Assembly (NCBI GenBank): GCA_963843795.1
Contig: CAWJLW010000006.1
Coordinates: forward strand, 496,001 to 560,000
DNA length: 64,000 bases
From: an uncultured bacterium
GTDB taxonomy: Bacteria > Armatimonadota > Abditibacteriia > Abditibacteriales > Abditibacteriaceae
Direction: 5' to 3'
Program-made: the position numbers and the translations under genes
Notes under the pieces: model-generated
Databases searched by the model: none
What the model was told of the DNA's origin: nothing
The model's input: only the letters and a program-made list of their open reading frames with translations
Shown: positions 9,786 through 19,447 of the stretch, piece after piece
Position numbering within the stretch: the first letter of the stretch is position 1
How the letters are laid out: the number at the start of each line of letters is the position of its first letter

Positions 9786-11261
9786 ATGCAGCAACGATTG
9801 AAACAATTGAAGACGACATCGCCCCCCATCATTCGGAAAATGTCGCGCGGCACTCTCACGGCAGGTTTGATCGTCTTAAGTGCCGCTGCAAGTACTTGCA
9901 GCGTGCGGGCGCAGTCGGCGGTTTATCCTACTGATGTGGTGAACATCGCTGCGGCAGCCAATGGCGGTCGCATCGTCAGCGTGTCGTCAACCATCGACAA
10001 CGACCCGAAATTTAACGCGAACAATCTCATCGACGGTCAAGTGCTGAGCGCGGCTAATGTTAAAGCCAGCGCGGGCTGGGCGTCCAATAAATTCGATCCG
10101 GTCGCGATGGACACTGTCACTTTTGGTTTTAAAGATAACGCGGTTAAAAACATCGGTAAAATTGTCATCAATCCCGCTGCGGCCTTAGCGCCCGAACGTT
10201 GGGCCAAAGATATCGAAGTGCAAGTTTCGACCGGCAGCGCCGATGGGCCGTATCGTCCGATTGCCCAAATCACACTGCGCAAAGACGCCGTGCCACAGGA
10301 ATTTTTGTTTCTGCCGACCGAAGCGCGCTTTGTGCGCTTGATGTTTCGCTCGAACTGGGGTTCAGACCGCGCCGTCGCGCTGGGCGAAGTTGAACTTTAT
10401 CAGGCAATTGGCAAAGACGATCCGATGGGAATGGTCATTGCGCATCTTGAAAGTGCTGTCACCGACCTCAAGCGTTTTCGCCAAACCCAAATCGAAGGCA
10501 CTAATCCTGGCGGACAGACTGTGAGCGCGGGTTTGAACGAAGCGACCTTGCAACTCATTCAAAGCTCGAGCGAAAGCACACGATTGCCCGTTTCAGCCAC
10601 TAATATCGCGCTGGCGAAAAATGGCGGTCGCATCGTCGATAGCTCCAGCACCTACGTTTCCGATCCGGCCAAAGGCCCCGACCCACTTTACGGGCCGGAA
10701 AATTTGATTAACGGCGAAAATTACACCGGCAAAGAAAGCGACAGTTTTGGCTGGGCCAGTCAGGGTTTTGCGCCCGGCAAGCAGTTCGTGACGATTGGTT
10801 TCAAAGACGATCGCACGCGCTTGATTTCCAAAGTCATTGTTAATCCCAGTTCGTATCAGTCGGATTTGCGCTGGGCGCGCCGCATCGATGTGCAGGTTTC
10901 GACCGAATCGGCCACAAAAGGCCCGTTTCGCACCGTGGCAACGCTCAACCTGCGACCCGAAGCCACGAATCAGGATTTTCTGATTCGTCCCGTCGAAGCC
11001 AAATATGTGCGCTTCGTTTTCTTGGCGAACGGGCCAGGCGGCATCTCGATTCCCAACGCTGATCCCGATGTCAACAGCGACCGCGCGGTATCTCTGGGCG
11101 AAATCGAAATCTACGAAGCGACGGCAAGCGGTCAGGTTCTCGATACTTTAGTCACGCGCTTCGAGCAAGTGCTGCTGGAATTGAAAACGCTGCGCAGTCG
11201 TGGCGAGGCAGAAACGACTACGGCGGTGACCGCCGATAAATCGAAAGTTCGAAAGTCGTAA
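9786..11261 (+). CDS. Secreted protein with two discoidin/F5-8 type C-like domains
   Basis: Signal-like N-terminus; internal duplication NIA..ANGGRIV..NLIDG..GWAS..ARFVR..GEVELY. Confidence 0.7.
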   Translation: MQQRLKQLKTTSPPIIRKMSRGTLTAGLIVLSAAASTCSVRAQSAVYPTDVVNIAAAANGGRIVSVSSTIDNDPKFNANNLIDGQVLSAANVKASAGWASNKFDPVAMDTVTFGFKDNAVKNIGKIVINPAAALAPERWAKDIEVQVSTGSADGPYRPIAQITLRKDAVPQEFLFLPTEARFVRLMFRSNWGSDRAVALGEVELYQAIGKDDPMGMVIAHLESAVTDLKRFRQTQIEGTNPGGQTVSAGLNEATLQLIQSSSESTRLPVSATNIALAKNGGRIVDSSSTYVSDPAKGPDPLYGPENLINGENYTGKESDSFGWASQGFAPGKQFVTIGFKDDRTRLISKVIVNPSSYQSDLRWARRIDVQVSTESATKGPFRTVATLNLRPEATNQDFLIRPVEAKYVRFVFLANGPGGISIPNADPDVNSDRAVSLGEIEIYEATASGQVLDTLVTRFEQVLLELKTLRSRGEAETTTAVTADKSKVRKS

Positions 11262-11275
11262 TGATTTAGAACGGG

Positions 11276-11309
11276 AAAAGCGCGCTGCAAGTACCTGCAG
11301 CGCGCTTTT
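11276..11309. terminator. Bidirectional terminator built on a variant of the GCAAGTACTTGC palindrome
   Basis: AAAAGCGCGCTGCAAGTACCTGCAGCGCGCTTTT between convergent genes. Confidence 0.8.
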
Positions 11310-11326
11310 TCAATTTCAAAATTCAC

Positions 11327-12421
11327 TCAATGCGCGCGCATTGGGTCGGCGGGCGTGCTGTCCATCATGCCGGAATCCATGTCGCCCATCGCGGCAGCGG
11401 CGTATTCACTTTGCGCGCGGCGTTCTTCGCTCGTTAATAGCGCCGCGCAGTGTGTGCCGAAGCGTGGATGCGCGAAGGGCAAATGCGTATCGCCGCGCGC
11501 TAAAATGTGGCTGCCGTTGGTCATGCCGGTGAGCGGATCGACCGATTGGGCGGCGCTTTCGGGAATGTCGGGATCGGCGCCCCATTGGGTAAAACTGCGC
11601 GCGTTGCAATAATGGCTGACGAAAGCGCGGCGGAACTGATCGGTCGTCCAGTTCGCTTTCGAACGATGCAGAACATGACCGCCAAAAAACACCACGTCAC
11701 CTTTTTTCGCTGTGACTAAAAGCTGCGGGTATTTATCGGCGATGCGCGCCAGATCGTTGATTTCGTCATCGGGATTGGAAACGTTCTCGACGTGCGTAAT
11801 GTCGCCGATTTTGTGGTCGCCGTAACCGTAGCCGTTTTGCGGCGGATAAACCGGTTCGTTCTGGCTTCCCGCAGCGAACCACATCGCGCCATTGCGTTCG
11901 TCGCAATCGTCAATCGCGATCCACGCGCCGCACAAACTGTCGGGATGCGTAGGGATGTAATACGAATCCTGATGCCAGCCCTGGCCAGGTTTGCCCGGCG
12001 GCTTCAAAAATAACATTGTCTGCATTGCCAGAACGTCCGGCCCAATGATCACTTCCAGCACATCTAAAACACGCGGATGCAGCATGAAACGCTCGTGCAA
12101 TTCCAGTTGGCGATGCAGCATATGAATGCGCAAAAAATACTGAGCTTTTTCAGCGGGCGATAGATGAGCGGGCGGCGCTTCCAAACCCTGTCCGGTCGTG
12201 CCGCTGTCGCCGTTCACATCGCGCTCGTTCATCGCGCGCGACTGTTGTGGCAAACGTCCTTGCATTAAATCTTCGGTGTGAACGCGCAATTCGTCGATTT
12301 CTTCAGGCGAAACCAAACCTCGCACCACCAAAAATCCTTGCTGACGAAACGATTTGTATTCCGCGACCGAAACTCGATAACGCTCGGCTCGTTCGATGTG
12401 TGGCTTTACTTCGCTTTGCAT
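11327..12421 (-). CDS. Phytanoyl-CoA dioxygenase (PhyH) family Fe/2OG oxygenase
   Basis: KPPG, WHQD, AWIAIDD, NGAM, HRSKAN..RRA. Confidence 0.9.
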   Translation of the reverse strand: MQSEVKPHIERAERYRVSVAEYKSFRQQGFLVVRGLVSPEEIDELRVHTEDLMQGRLPQQSRAMNERDVNGDSGTTGQGLEAPPAHLSPAEKAQYFLRIHMLHRQLELHERFMLHPRVLDVLEVIIGPDVLAMQTMLFLKPPGKPGQGWHQDSYYIPTHPDSLCGAWIAIDDCDERNGAMWFAAGSQNEPVYPPQNGYGYGDHKIGDITHVENVSNPDDEINDLARIADKYPQLLVTAKKGDVVFFGGHVLHRSKANWTTDQFRRAFVSHYCNARSFTQWGADPDIPESAAQSVDPLTGMTNGSHILARGDTHLPFAHPRFGTHCAALLTSEERRAQSEYAAAAMGDMDSGMMDSTPADPMRAH

Positions 12422-12442
12422 TTTTGCCCTCCGCAGTGAACT

Positions 12443-13141
12443 TTATTCGTCGTCAGTTTCCGACATTGCGGCATTCTGACCATCAATTACGACAACCCAC
12501 TCGCCCAAAATTTCCTTGCGCGCGGCAAGTACTTGCACCAACTCTTGCGCCGTACCGCGCAGCGTTTCTTCAAATTTCTTGGTCAATTCACGTGACGCAC
12601 AAATCTGGGGCGCGCTTTCCAGCGCTGCAAGTACTTGCAGCGTCTTCAAAACACGATGTGGCGATTCATAGAACACAACAGTTTCGCCACGCGCCAAAGC
12701 TTCTTGCAGCGCGCGCTTATGACGACCGGGTTTACGGGGCAAAAAGCCCAAAAACGAAAATTTCTGCGCATCGAAACCGGAAATCGAAAGCGCCGAAGTC
12801 AGGGCACACGGGCCGGGAATCGGCAGAACTTGCACTCCCAATTCAATTGCGGCGCGCACCAGAGCCGGTCCAGGATCGGAAACTCCAGGCGTTCCAGCAT
12901 CGGTCACGAGTGCCGCGCTCTGGCCATCTTTTAAGCGCTGCGCCAGAGACGCCAATTTGCTGTCGTGCGAATGTTGATGCACGGAAACCAGCGGCGTGCG
13001 AATTTCGTGACGCGATAAGAGACGTTGCGTGTGGCGCGTGTCTTCGGCACAAATGAAATCGACTTCTCGCAGGGTGGCGAGAAGTCGCAGCGAAACGTCT
13101 TCCAAGTGACCAATTGGGGTAGCACAAACGTAAAGTGGCAT
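12443..13141 (-). CDS. rsmI: 16S rRNA C1402 2'-O-methyltransferase
   Basis: ATPIGHLED, AEDTR, DAGTPGVSDPG, YESPHR, RELTKKFEE. Confidence 0.95.
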   Translation of the reverse strand: MPLYVCATPIGHLEDVSLRLLATLREVDFICAEDTRHTQRLLSRHEIRTPLVSVHQHSHDSKLASLAQRLKDGQSAALVTDAGTPGVSDPGPALVRAAIELGVQVLPIPGPCALTSALSISGFDAQKFSFLGFLPRKPGRHKRALQEALARGETVVFYESPHRVLKTLQVLAALESAPQICASRELTKKFEETLRGTAQELVQVLAARKEILGEWVVVIDGQNAAMSETDDE

Positions 13142-13241
13142 AAAATTGAGGAAATGAGAAGTGAGAAAGCAGTTCCCACGCTACAAGTAGATGCAGCGTG
13201 GGAACTGCTTTGAAAAGTTTATTTGGTGCGACAGCTAAAAT

Positions 13242-13340
13242 TTAGCGACCGCGACGGCGCATGGCGCGTTGGGCTTTACGGCGTTTTTTCTGCCAATGCG
13301 TCTTGACTTTGCGCCGGTGTTTTTTCTTATCCGAACTCAA
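13242..13340 (-). CDS. Small basic protein, bS22/AURKAIP1-COX24-like (32 aa)
   Basis: GAGGAG RBS plus TTG; MSSDKKKHRRKVKTHWQKKRRKAQRAMRRRGR; below the ORF-track cutoff. Confidence 0.7.
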   Translation of the reverse strand: MSSDKKKHRRKVKTHWQKKRRKAQRAMRRRGR

Positions 13341-13513
13341 AAGGCTCCTCCTTTTTCTAAAATTTCAGGTTGTAGGTAAATCGTAAGTCACCACGTTTTT
13401 CGCGCGGCGACGGCTTTTCCATTATAGCGAAAGTTAGTCACGCCCGCAATTTTTTAAGGCTCTTTGCGATTCTTTCATACGCTTTTGGTGCGCTTTCGTT
13501 CAATTGATAGCGA

Positions 13514-14206
13514 TTATTCGCTTTCGGCTTCGATACCGGGCGCCATGCTTTCCAACGCGGCCGGTTTGTCGGCGGGATGTTTGCGCTCTTGAAAATAATG
13601 CACGATCATCGGCAGAATCGAGAGAAATACAATGAGAATGACGGCTTTTTCCAGATTTTTTTGAATCCATGCGTTGCTGCCCAGAAAGTAGCCCAGTAAG
13701 CTCATGGAAGTAATCCAGCCAATGCCACCGATGATATTGAACAGCGCAAAATTGCGGTAGCTCATGTTCGCTACGCCCGCGACGGTGGGCGCAAAAGTGC
13801 GCACAATGGGAACGAAGCGCGCCAGAACAATGGTTTTCGGGCCGTGCTTTTCATAAAAATCTTGCGTCTTGCGCACATGATCGCGCTTGAAAAAACGCGA
13901 ATCGGGCCGATTGAATAGCGTAGGACCGATTTTGCGTCCGATAAAATAGCCGGTCGCATCACCGATGATCGCAGCGACGCAAAGTAGCGGAATCATAATC
14001 GCGAGATTGAGTAATGGTTTATCGTGGCCGGGCAGAGCAATGGCGCACAGCGTGCCCGCGATGAAAAGTAGCGAATCGCCGGGTAGAAAAAAACCGAGCA
14101 GAAGTCCGGTTTCGGCGAAGATGATAGCGAACAGTAAAAAGTAACCGCCGGTCGCAATCAATTGTTTGACGCCTTCGGGGTTGTGCAGTTGGTGCAAAAA
14201 ATCCAT
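13514..14206 (-). CDS. dedA: DedA family membrane protein
   Basis: IIFAETG..FFLPGDSLLF, ARFVPIVRTF; probable start MDFLHQ at 14206. Confidence 0.92.
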   Translation of the reverse strand: MDFLHQLHNPEGVKQLIATGGYFLLFAIIFAETGLLLGFFLPGDSLLFIAGTLCAIALPGHDKPLLNLAIMIPLLCVAAIIGDATGYFIGRKIGPTLFNRPDSRFFKRDHVRKTQDFYEKHGPKTIVLARFVPIVRTFAPTVAGVANMSYRNFALFNIIGGIGWITSMSLLGYFLGSNAWIQKNLEKAVILIVFLSILPMIVHYFQERKHPADKPAALESMAPGIEAESE

Positions 14207-14317
14207 GCTTTCAATTATACAGCGGCAAGTGAAAGTCGGAACCCACAAGATAAAACTGTAAATTCGGGCTGCAATCTTTCCATCTCCTATTTCACCGCTC
14301 GCTGTATAATTTCCCTT

Positions 14318-15313
14318 ATGACCGCACAAAAATTTGTGGCGACCCATCGCGAAGATTGGCAGCGTTTGGACGAACTGGTAGCGCGCGCCCAGAAATTTCG
14401 TCTCACTTCCCTTTCCGATGATGAATTGTTGGAAATGGGCGCGCTGTATCGTCGCGCCACTGCAGATTTGGCGCGCGCGCAGACGCGCCACGCCGACACA
14501 CACGCCGGACGCGAACTGATTCGTTCGCTGAATGCCTTGGTGTTGCGCTCCCATGCACAATTGTATTCCGCGCCCGCACCGCAGCCGCGTCGCGCATGGC
14601 ACTGGTTGAAATACGGCTTTCCAGCCACGTTTCGGCGGCAATGGAAAAATGTGGCGATTGCAGCAATTTTGCTGTTTTTGCCTTCGGTTATCGCGCAAGC
14701 GTGTGTAGTTGTAAACGCAGATTTGGCGAAAATTTTCGTGCCCGAAAGCGCTATTGAAGAAGTGCAAAAGCGCGCCGAGAAACAAATTATCACCGGTTGG
14801 GGCGCGAATACCGATTACGGCGGACTGATGTCAAGTCCGGGCGTTTCGAGCTTCATTATGACCAACAATATTCAAGTTTCGATTTTAGCTGCTGCCTTGG
14901 GCTTGACTGCAGGTATCGGAACAGCGTGGGCTTTGATTACAAACGGCATGATGGTCGGCGGGCTGGCGGGCGTGGCGACCAATGCGAAGGTCGATTTATT
15001 GTTTTGGGCGGTCATTCTACCACACGGCATTTTGGAATTAACCGCGATTTGTATCGCGGGCGGCGCGGGTTTGTGCTTAGCGCGCGCGATCTGGACGCCG
15101 GGCGCTCTGCCTCGCGGCGACGCCCTGAAACTGGCCGGAGCCGAAGCCGCCAAATTGATGATCGGCGTGGCATTTCTGCTCGTCATCGCTGGTTTGATCG
15201 AAGGTTTTCTCACGCCATTGCCGCTGCCACCGTCGATTAAATTGACTTTCGCAGCGCTGAGTGGCGTGGCGCTGATTGCCTATTTGAGCATGAAACCGCG
15301 CGGTACGGAATGA
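14318..15313 (+). CDS. SpoIIM/DUF95-family membrane protein
   Basis: W.RL..L, YRRATADLA, TNNIQVS, NG, LPHGILEL, AGLIEGF. Confidence 0.85.
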   Translation: MTAQKFVATHREDWQRLDELVARAQKFRLTSLSDDELLEMGALYRRATADLARAQTRHADTHAGRELIRSLNALVLRSHAQLYSAPAPQPRRAWHWLKYGFPATFRRQWKNVAIAAILLFLPSVIAQACVVVNADLAKIFVPESAIEEVQKRAEKQIITGWGANTDYGGLMSSPGVSSFIMTNNIQVSILAAALGLTAGIGTAWALITNGMMVGGLAGVATNAKVDLLFWAVILPHGILELTAICIAGGAGLCLARAIWTPGALPRGDALKLAGAEAAKLMIGVAFLLVIAGLIEGFLTPLPLPPSIKLTFAALSGVALIAYLSMKPRGTE

Positions 15314-15344
15314 AATATTGTGCAAGTACTTGCACAATATTTCA
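15311..15344. repeat. Perfect 34-bp palindrome spanning two convergent stop codons
   Basis: TGAAATATTGTGCAAGT|ACTTGCACAATATTTCA. Confidence 0.95.
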
Positions 15345-16331
15345 CGCCACCGCTTCCGCATGGAGCATTTCCGCGCTTTGTGCCCAGCGGCCCGCGAGCC
15401 AACCGCAGATAAAGAGCTGCATCGAATGGTAAATCATAATCGGCAGCAGAATGACGCCGAGGCCAGGATGCGCGCCAAAAATGAGATGCGCCATTGGTAC
15501 GCCTGCTGCGAGCGTTTTCTTAGTTCCACAAAAAATGACTGCGCTTTGGTCGGCGGGTGAGATTTTCAATTTGTCGCACAATCCGCGCAGAAAGAAAAAA
15601 GCCAAGCCGAATAGCAGCAAATTGCCTAAAATCGTCGGGATTAATACTTCGCCGCCGGTATTTGTCCACACGCCTTGTTTCACTGAATCGCAAAACGAGG
15701 TGTAGACCAGCAGCAAAATCGTACCGCGATCTACCGTGCTGATGAACGATTTATGCGCTTTGGCCCAATTGCCCAGAATCGGACGGCACAACTGCCCCAA
15801 AACTAAAGGCAACAAAAGCCACAACACCAAATCGAGAATTACTTTGCCCATCGGCAACGATTGACCGCCGCTTTGCAGCATCAAACCAATCCATAGCGGC
15901 GTGATGAAGATGCCGATTAAGCTGGAAAGCGTGGCGTTGAAAACTGCCACCGGCACGTTACCGCGTGCGGCTGCAGTCATGGCGACCGATGACGAAACCG
16001 TTGAGGGCAGTGCGCACAAATAGAAAAATCCCAAGCGCAAATCGGGCGATAGAAAACCGCCGAAGATTTGAAGCAATACAAAGCCGATAAGTGGGAAAAA
16101 CAGAAATGTGCAGCTTTGCACGATGAGATGCAGCGGCCAGCGTAGCGTGCCCGCTTTGAGGCTGTCGAACGATAAGGCGACACCGTGCAGGAAAAAAATC
16201 AGCGCGACGCCCGCTTTGGTAAGAATTTCGGCGTGCATCCAGCCGCCGGGCGCGCCCGGATTCGGGAACAGCCACGCCAGCGCGACCGCGCACAACAGGC
16301 CGGGCAAAAACCAATCGAATTTTCGTTTCAT
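15342..16331 (-). CDS. Bile acid:sodium symporter family (YfeH-like)
   Basis: FFLHG, LPSTVSSSVAMT..ARGN, FCGTKKTLAAG, PIMIYH. Confidence 0.9.
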   Translation of the reverse strand: MKRKFDWFLPGLLCAVALAWLFPNPGAPGGWMHAEILTKAGVALIFFLHGVALSFDSLKAGTLRWPLHLIVQSCTFLFFPLIGFVLLQIFGGFLSPDLRLGFFYLCALPSTVSSSVAMTAAARGNVPVAVFNATLSSLIGIFITPLWIGLMLQSGGQSLPMGKVILDLVLWLLLPLVLGQLCRPILGNWAKAHKSFISTVDRGTILLLVYTSFCDSVKQGVWTNTGGEVLIPTILGNLLLFGLAFFFLRGLCDKLKISPADQSAVIFCGTKKTLAAGVPMAHLIFGAHPGLGVILLPIMIYHSMQLFICGWLAGRWAQSAEMLHAEAVA

Positions 16332-16545
16332 CGCCAGCAGTGTCTTACTTCAGGTTGAATGTTGCCAACGTCGAAAATAACATGATCAAATAACCTTAAC
16401 AGGCAAAAACCAAAATAATCAATTCTACGCGCTGCAAGTACTTGCAGCGCGTTTTGGTGAGACAATGCGCTACATTTCACTGTCGATATTCAAGCGTGTA
16501 TTAGCGTTTTCGGTTACAATCATCAAAATAGGAAAAGGAGAGGTT

Positions 16546-17595
16546 ATGTTCATTATTGGCGCCGGCGTGGGTTTTGTGGCCTGGTTTTTGGCCCGCTACC
16601 TTGTCGCCGGTTTATACACCGTCGATCAGAACGAGCGTGCAGTCAAAACCATTCTAGGGCGCGCCGAACGTATCGAAGGCGCGACGACATTGGACGACCC
16701 GATCAGCGAACATTTGCGGCCTGAAGAGCGCGAGCTTTATCGTTATCCGCAGGTGCGCGTAATTCCACCGGGTGGCCCTTATTTCAAGATGCCATGGGAG
16801 CGCGTTTACAAAGTTTCCATCGCCACGCAAACCACCGATATGGCCACCGATCCTGAAAATCAGCAGGCTAATCATGGCGGTCAAATGCTAGATGCGGTCA
16901 CGAAAGACCAGCTCAACACCGGTCTCAGCGGACAAATTCGCTATCGGGTTTCCGAGCGCAATTTGTATGCGTACTTCTTCGGCATGAAGAGTCCGTTCAT
17001 TCATGTCATGGGTTATTTCGTGTCGATTCTGCGCGAGCGCATCGCCAATTTTGAAGCGCCGCAGCAGATGATTGAACTTCCCAGCGCGCAAGAAGACGAA
17101 GATTCCGAGATTGGCAAAGCGCTGGCCAAGCAAAATATGCTGGCCCAGCCCGAAGCCGCGTCGGGTATTACCATCGGCGTTTCGATTAACGATTTGCGCA
17201 AAAACCTGCGCGATTTGAACGAACACATGGAGCGCGAATGTCTTTCGTCAGCCGCGCGCTACGGTATCGAACTCGACGCTTCATTGATTACCGAAATCGA
17301 TCCACCCGCAGAAGTTGAATCGGCGCTGGCTGCGATTAACACGGCGCACAACCAGGTTTCGTCCGACATCAGTCTGGCCCAGGCCGCTGCCGATCAAAAG
17401 ATTGTGCAAAGCAAGCGCGCTGTCGAAATCGAAACTTTGCAAGCGCAGGCCGAAGTCGAACCGTTGCGCTCGGTCGCGGCGCAGCTTGGCGAACTGAAAA
17501 AACATGGCGCGAGCGCGCTACCCGCCTATTTGCGTAACGTGCGCTTGAAGTTGTATAAGCAGGCCGGTCGCGCGATTTTGGAGGTGAAGAAATAA
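16546..17595 (+). CDS. SPFH/band-7 domain protein
   Basis: N-terminal TM, YTVDQNERAV..GR, PW, C-terminal Ala/Glu-rich helix; start after AGGAG. Confidence 0.85.
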   Translation: MFIIGAGVGFVAWFLARYLVAGLYTVDQNERAVKTILGRAERIEGATTLDDPISEHLRPEERELYRYPQVRVIPPGGPYFKMPWERVYKVSIATQTTDMATDPENQQANHGGQMLDAVTKDQLNTGLSGQIRYRVSERNLYAYFFGMKSPFIHVMGYFVSILRERIANFEAPQQMIELPSAQEDEDSEIGKALAKQNMLAQPEAASGITIGVSINDLRKNLRDLNEHMERECLSSAARYGIELDASLITEIDPPAEVESALAAINTAHNQVSSDISLAQAAADQKIVQSKRAVEIETLQAQAEVEPLRSVAAQLGELKKHGASALPAYLRNVRLKLYKQAGRAILEVKK

Positions 17596-18515
17596 TGTTC
17601 ATCACAGGATTTTTAGCCACATTCATCGGTATGTTCATTCTGGTGCCGATGCTGGGCGCACTGGTGCGCACGTTTGGCATTTATACCATCGTCGAAGAAG
17701 GTACTTGTCAGGTATTTACACTGTTTGGCAAAGTTGCTGTTGTGCTGCAAGAGCCGGGCTTTCATTTCCTGCCTTCAAAGTTGGGTGCGCGTGCCTTTAT
17801 CATTAACTGGCTGGGCAAGCGGAATGTGCTGGATATGCGGCGCGACCAGACTTATTTGCGTTCGCAGCCGGTCAACTCGGAAGAAGGCGCGCCGATGGGC
17901 ATCGGTATTTGGTATGAAATGTATATCAGCGATCCGGTTTCCTATCTGTTCAAAAACGCCGATCCGCGCGGTTCCCTCGCCGCCAACGTGTCGAATGCGA
18001 CGGTGCGGTGTTTGTCAAATATGCCTTTGGATAAGATGCTCGAAGATCGCCACGCCATGAGCCGCGCGGTGCGCGAAGAAGTCTCGCCCAAGTCGCACGA
18101 GTGGGGTTATCAACTGGGTTCAATTTACATTCGTAAAGTGCATTTTCGCGACGCGGGCATGATCGGGCAAATCGAAGAAAAAGTCGTCAACCGTTTACGG
18201 CAGGTCACTTCGGCGATTATGCAGGATGGCGCGAACCAGGTCAGCATTATTCGCAGTACTGCAGAACGCGAAGCCGCCATTGAGTTCGCGCGCGCTGCCG
18301 CAATGCGCCCGACGATTGTCGGCGAAGCGCTGCAAGAAATTTCCAACGACCCCGAAGTGCTGGACGTGATGTTCGAACTTTTGGAAACACAGCGCTTGCT
18401 GGAAAGTAACGCCGAAATCACTCTTGTGCCCGAAAACCAACGCATGCTCACGCAATTGTTGGCCGCGCCTGAACCGCTGGATAATGCGTCTCAGAACAAT
18501 TCGCCACAGCGCTAA
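17595..18515 (+). CDS. SPFH/band-7 domain protein (second of an HflK/C-like pair)
   Basis: TM, YTIVEE..LFGK..EPG; translationally coupled to upstream gene. Confidence 0.85.
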   Translation: MFITGFLATFIGMFILVPMLGALVRTFGIYTIVEEGTCQVFTLFGKVAVVLQEPGFHFLPSKLGARAFIINWLGKRNVLDMRRDQTYLRSQPVNSEEGAPMGIGIWYEMYISDPVSYLFKNADPRGSLAANVSNATVRCLSNMPLDKMLEDRHAMSRAVREEVSPKSHEWGYQLGSIYIRKVHFRDAGMIGQIEEKVVNRLRQVTSAIMQDGANQVSIIRSTAEREAAIEFARAAAMRPTIVGEALQEISNDPEVLDVMFELLETQRLLESNAEITLVPENQRMLTQLLAAPEPLDNASQNNSPQR

Positions 18516-18605
18516 AGTTGAATCTCAGCATTCCAAAGACGCGCTGCAAGTTACTTGCGCAAGTATTTGCAGCGCGTCTTTTTAGTATCTCGGCTGTGGC
18601 TGACT

Positions 18606-19190
18606 TCAAAGATTGAAAGTAAGGCTGCTGGAATAGTTGCAGTTAGGGCAGAGCAGCACACGGTCGCCGTGCGCGTTGGTGCGTTCAAAACGATGGTTTG
18701 GCCCCATATAGCTGCACGATTCGCACGTCAGCCAATTGTTGGGAATGGGTGCGCTCACCGGTTGCGGTTGCAGTGCCTGAGATGGCGGACAATTGTATTC
18801 GTAGGCGCGACGCAGAAGCGTGAGCACGCGAACCAGCATCAGAGTGCTGTCGAGCGGACGCATCGTGATGAAATCATCGGCACCGAGGTTAAGAAAGTGA
18901 AACTGATCTTCGCGGCGCGTGCGCTGCGAAAGAATGACAATCGGTAGTTTGCTCGCGGCGCGAATCTGCGGACACAAAGCTGCGCTTCCAATCTCCGGCA
19001 AACTCAGATGAAGCACCACCAAATGCGGAGCGAGCTGGCTCAGCACATCAGAACTGAACTGCTGAGTTGTGATGTGACGGCAAACCAGCTTTGTACTTTG
19101 CAGCGGAGTCAAAACGGCTTTCGCCTGTTCCTTATCATCGTCGATGAAAAGCAGACGCATCTGATTGCCTGCTGTCGGAAGATTGGTCAT
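18606..19190 (-). CDS. Atypical receiver-domain protein with C-terminal zinc ribbon
   Basis: LLFIDDD, LPIVILS, GADDFI; CESC...CPNC. Confidence 0.75.
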   Translation of the reverse strand: MTNLPTAGNQMRLLFIDDDKEQAKAVLTPLQSTKLVCRHITTQQFSSDVLSQLAPHLVVLHLSLPEIGSAALCPQIRAASKLPIVILSQRTRREDQFHFLNLGADDFITMRPLDSTLMLVRVLTLLRRAYEYNCPPSQALQPQPVSAPIPNNWLTCESCSYMGPNHRFERTNAHGDRVLLCPNCNYSSSLTFNL

Positions 19191-19447
19191 ATTTTTATTG
19201 TCTATTAAGCAGTTGTCATGTGAATTCGGTTGAGCTTTGCCTGCGCAGAAAAATTCGTTTCAGGCGAAATGCCGCAGATTCTCGAGCGCGAATCCTAAAT
19301 TCTACATAATTTGGTGACAATGTTATCGGCCGAAAACCCATAAACAGCCCTGCAAGTACTTGCAAGTCCGTTTCGGTGGTTCAAAAGCCATTCCGGTGCC
19401 AGTGAGCTACACTTTTTACACAGAACAATACAGCGAAAGGGAACTTT

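Noticed and set aside
14207..14785. Long N-terminal extension of DedA in the ORF track
   Set aside because: Overlaps the divergent SpoIIM-like gene; the DedA-like sequence begins at 14206
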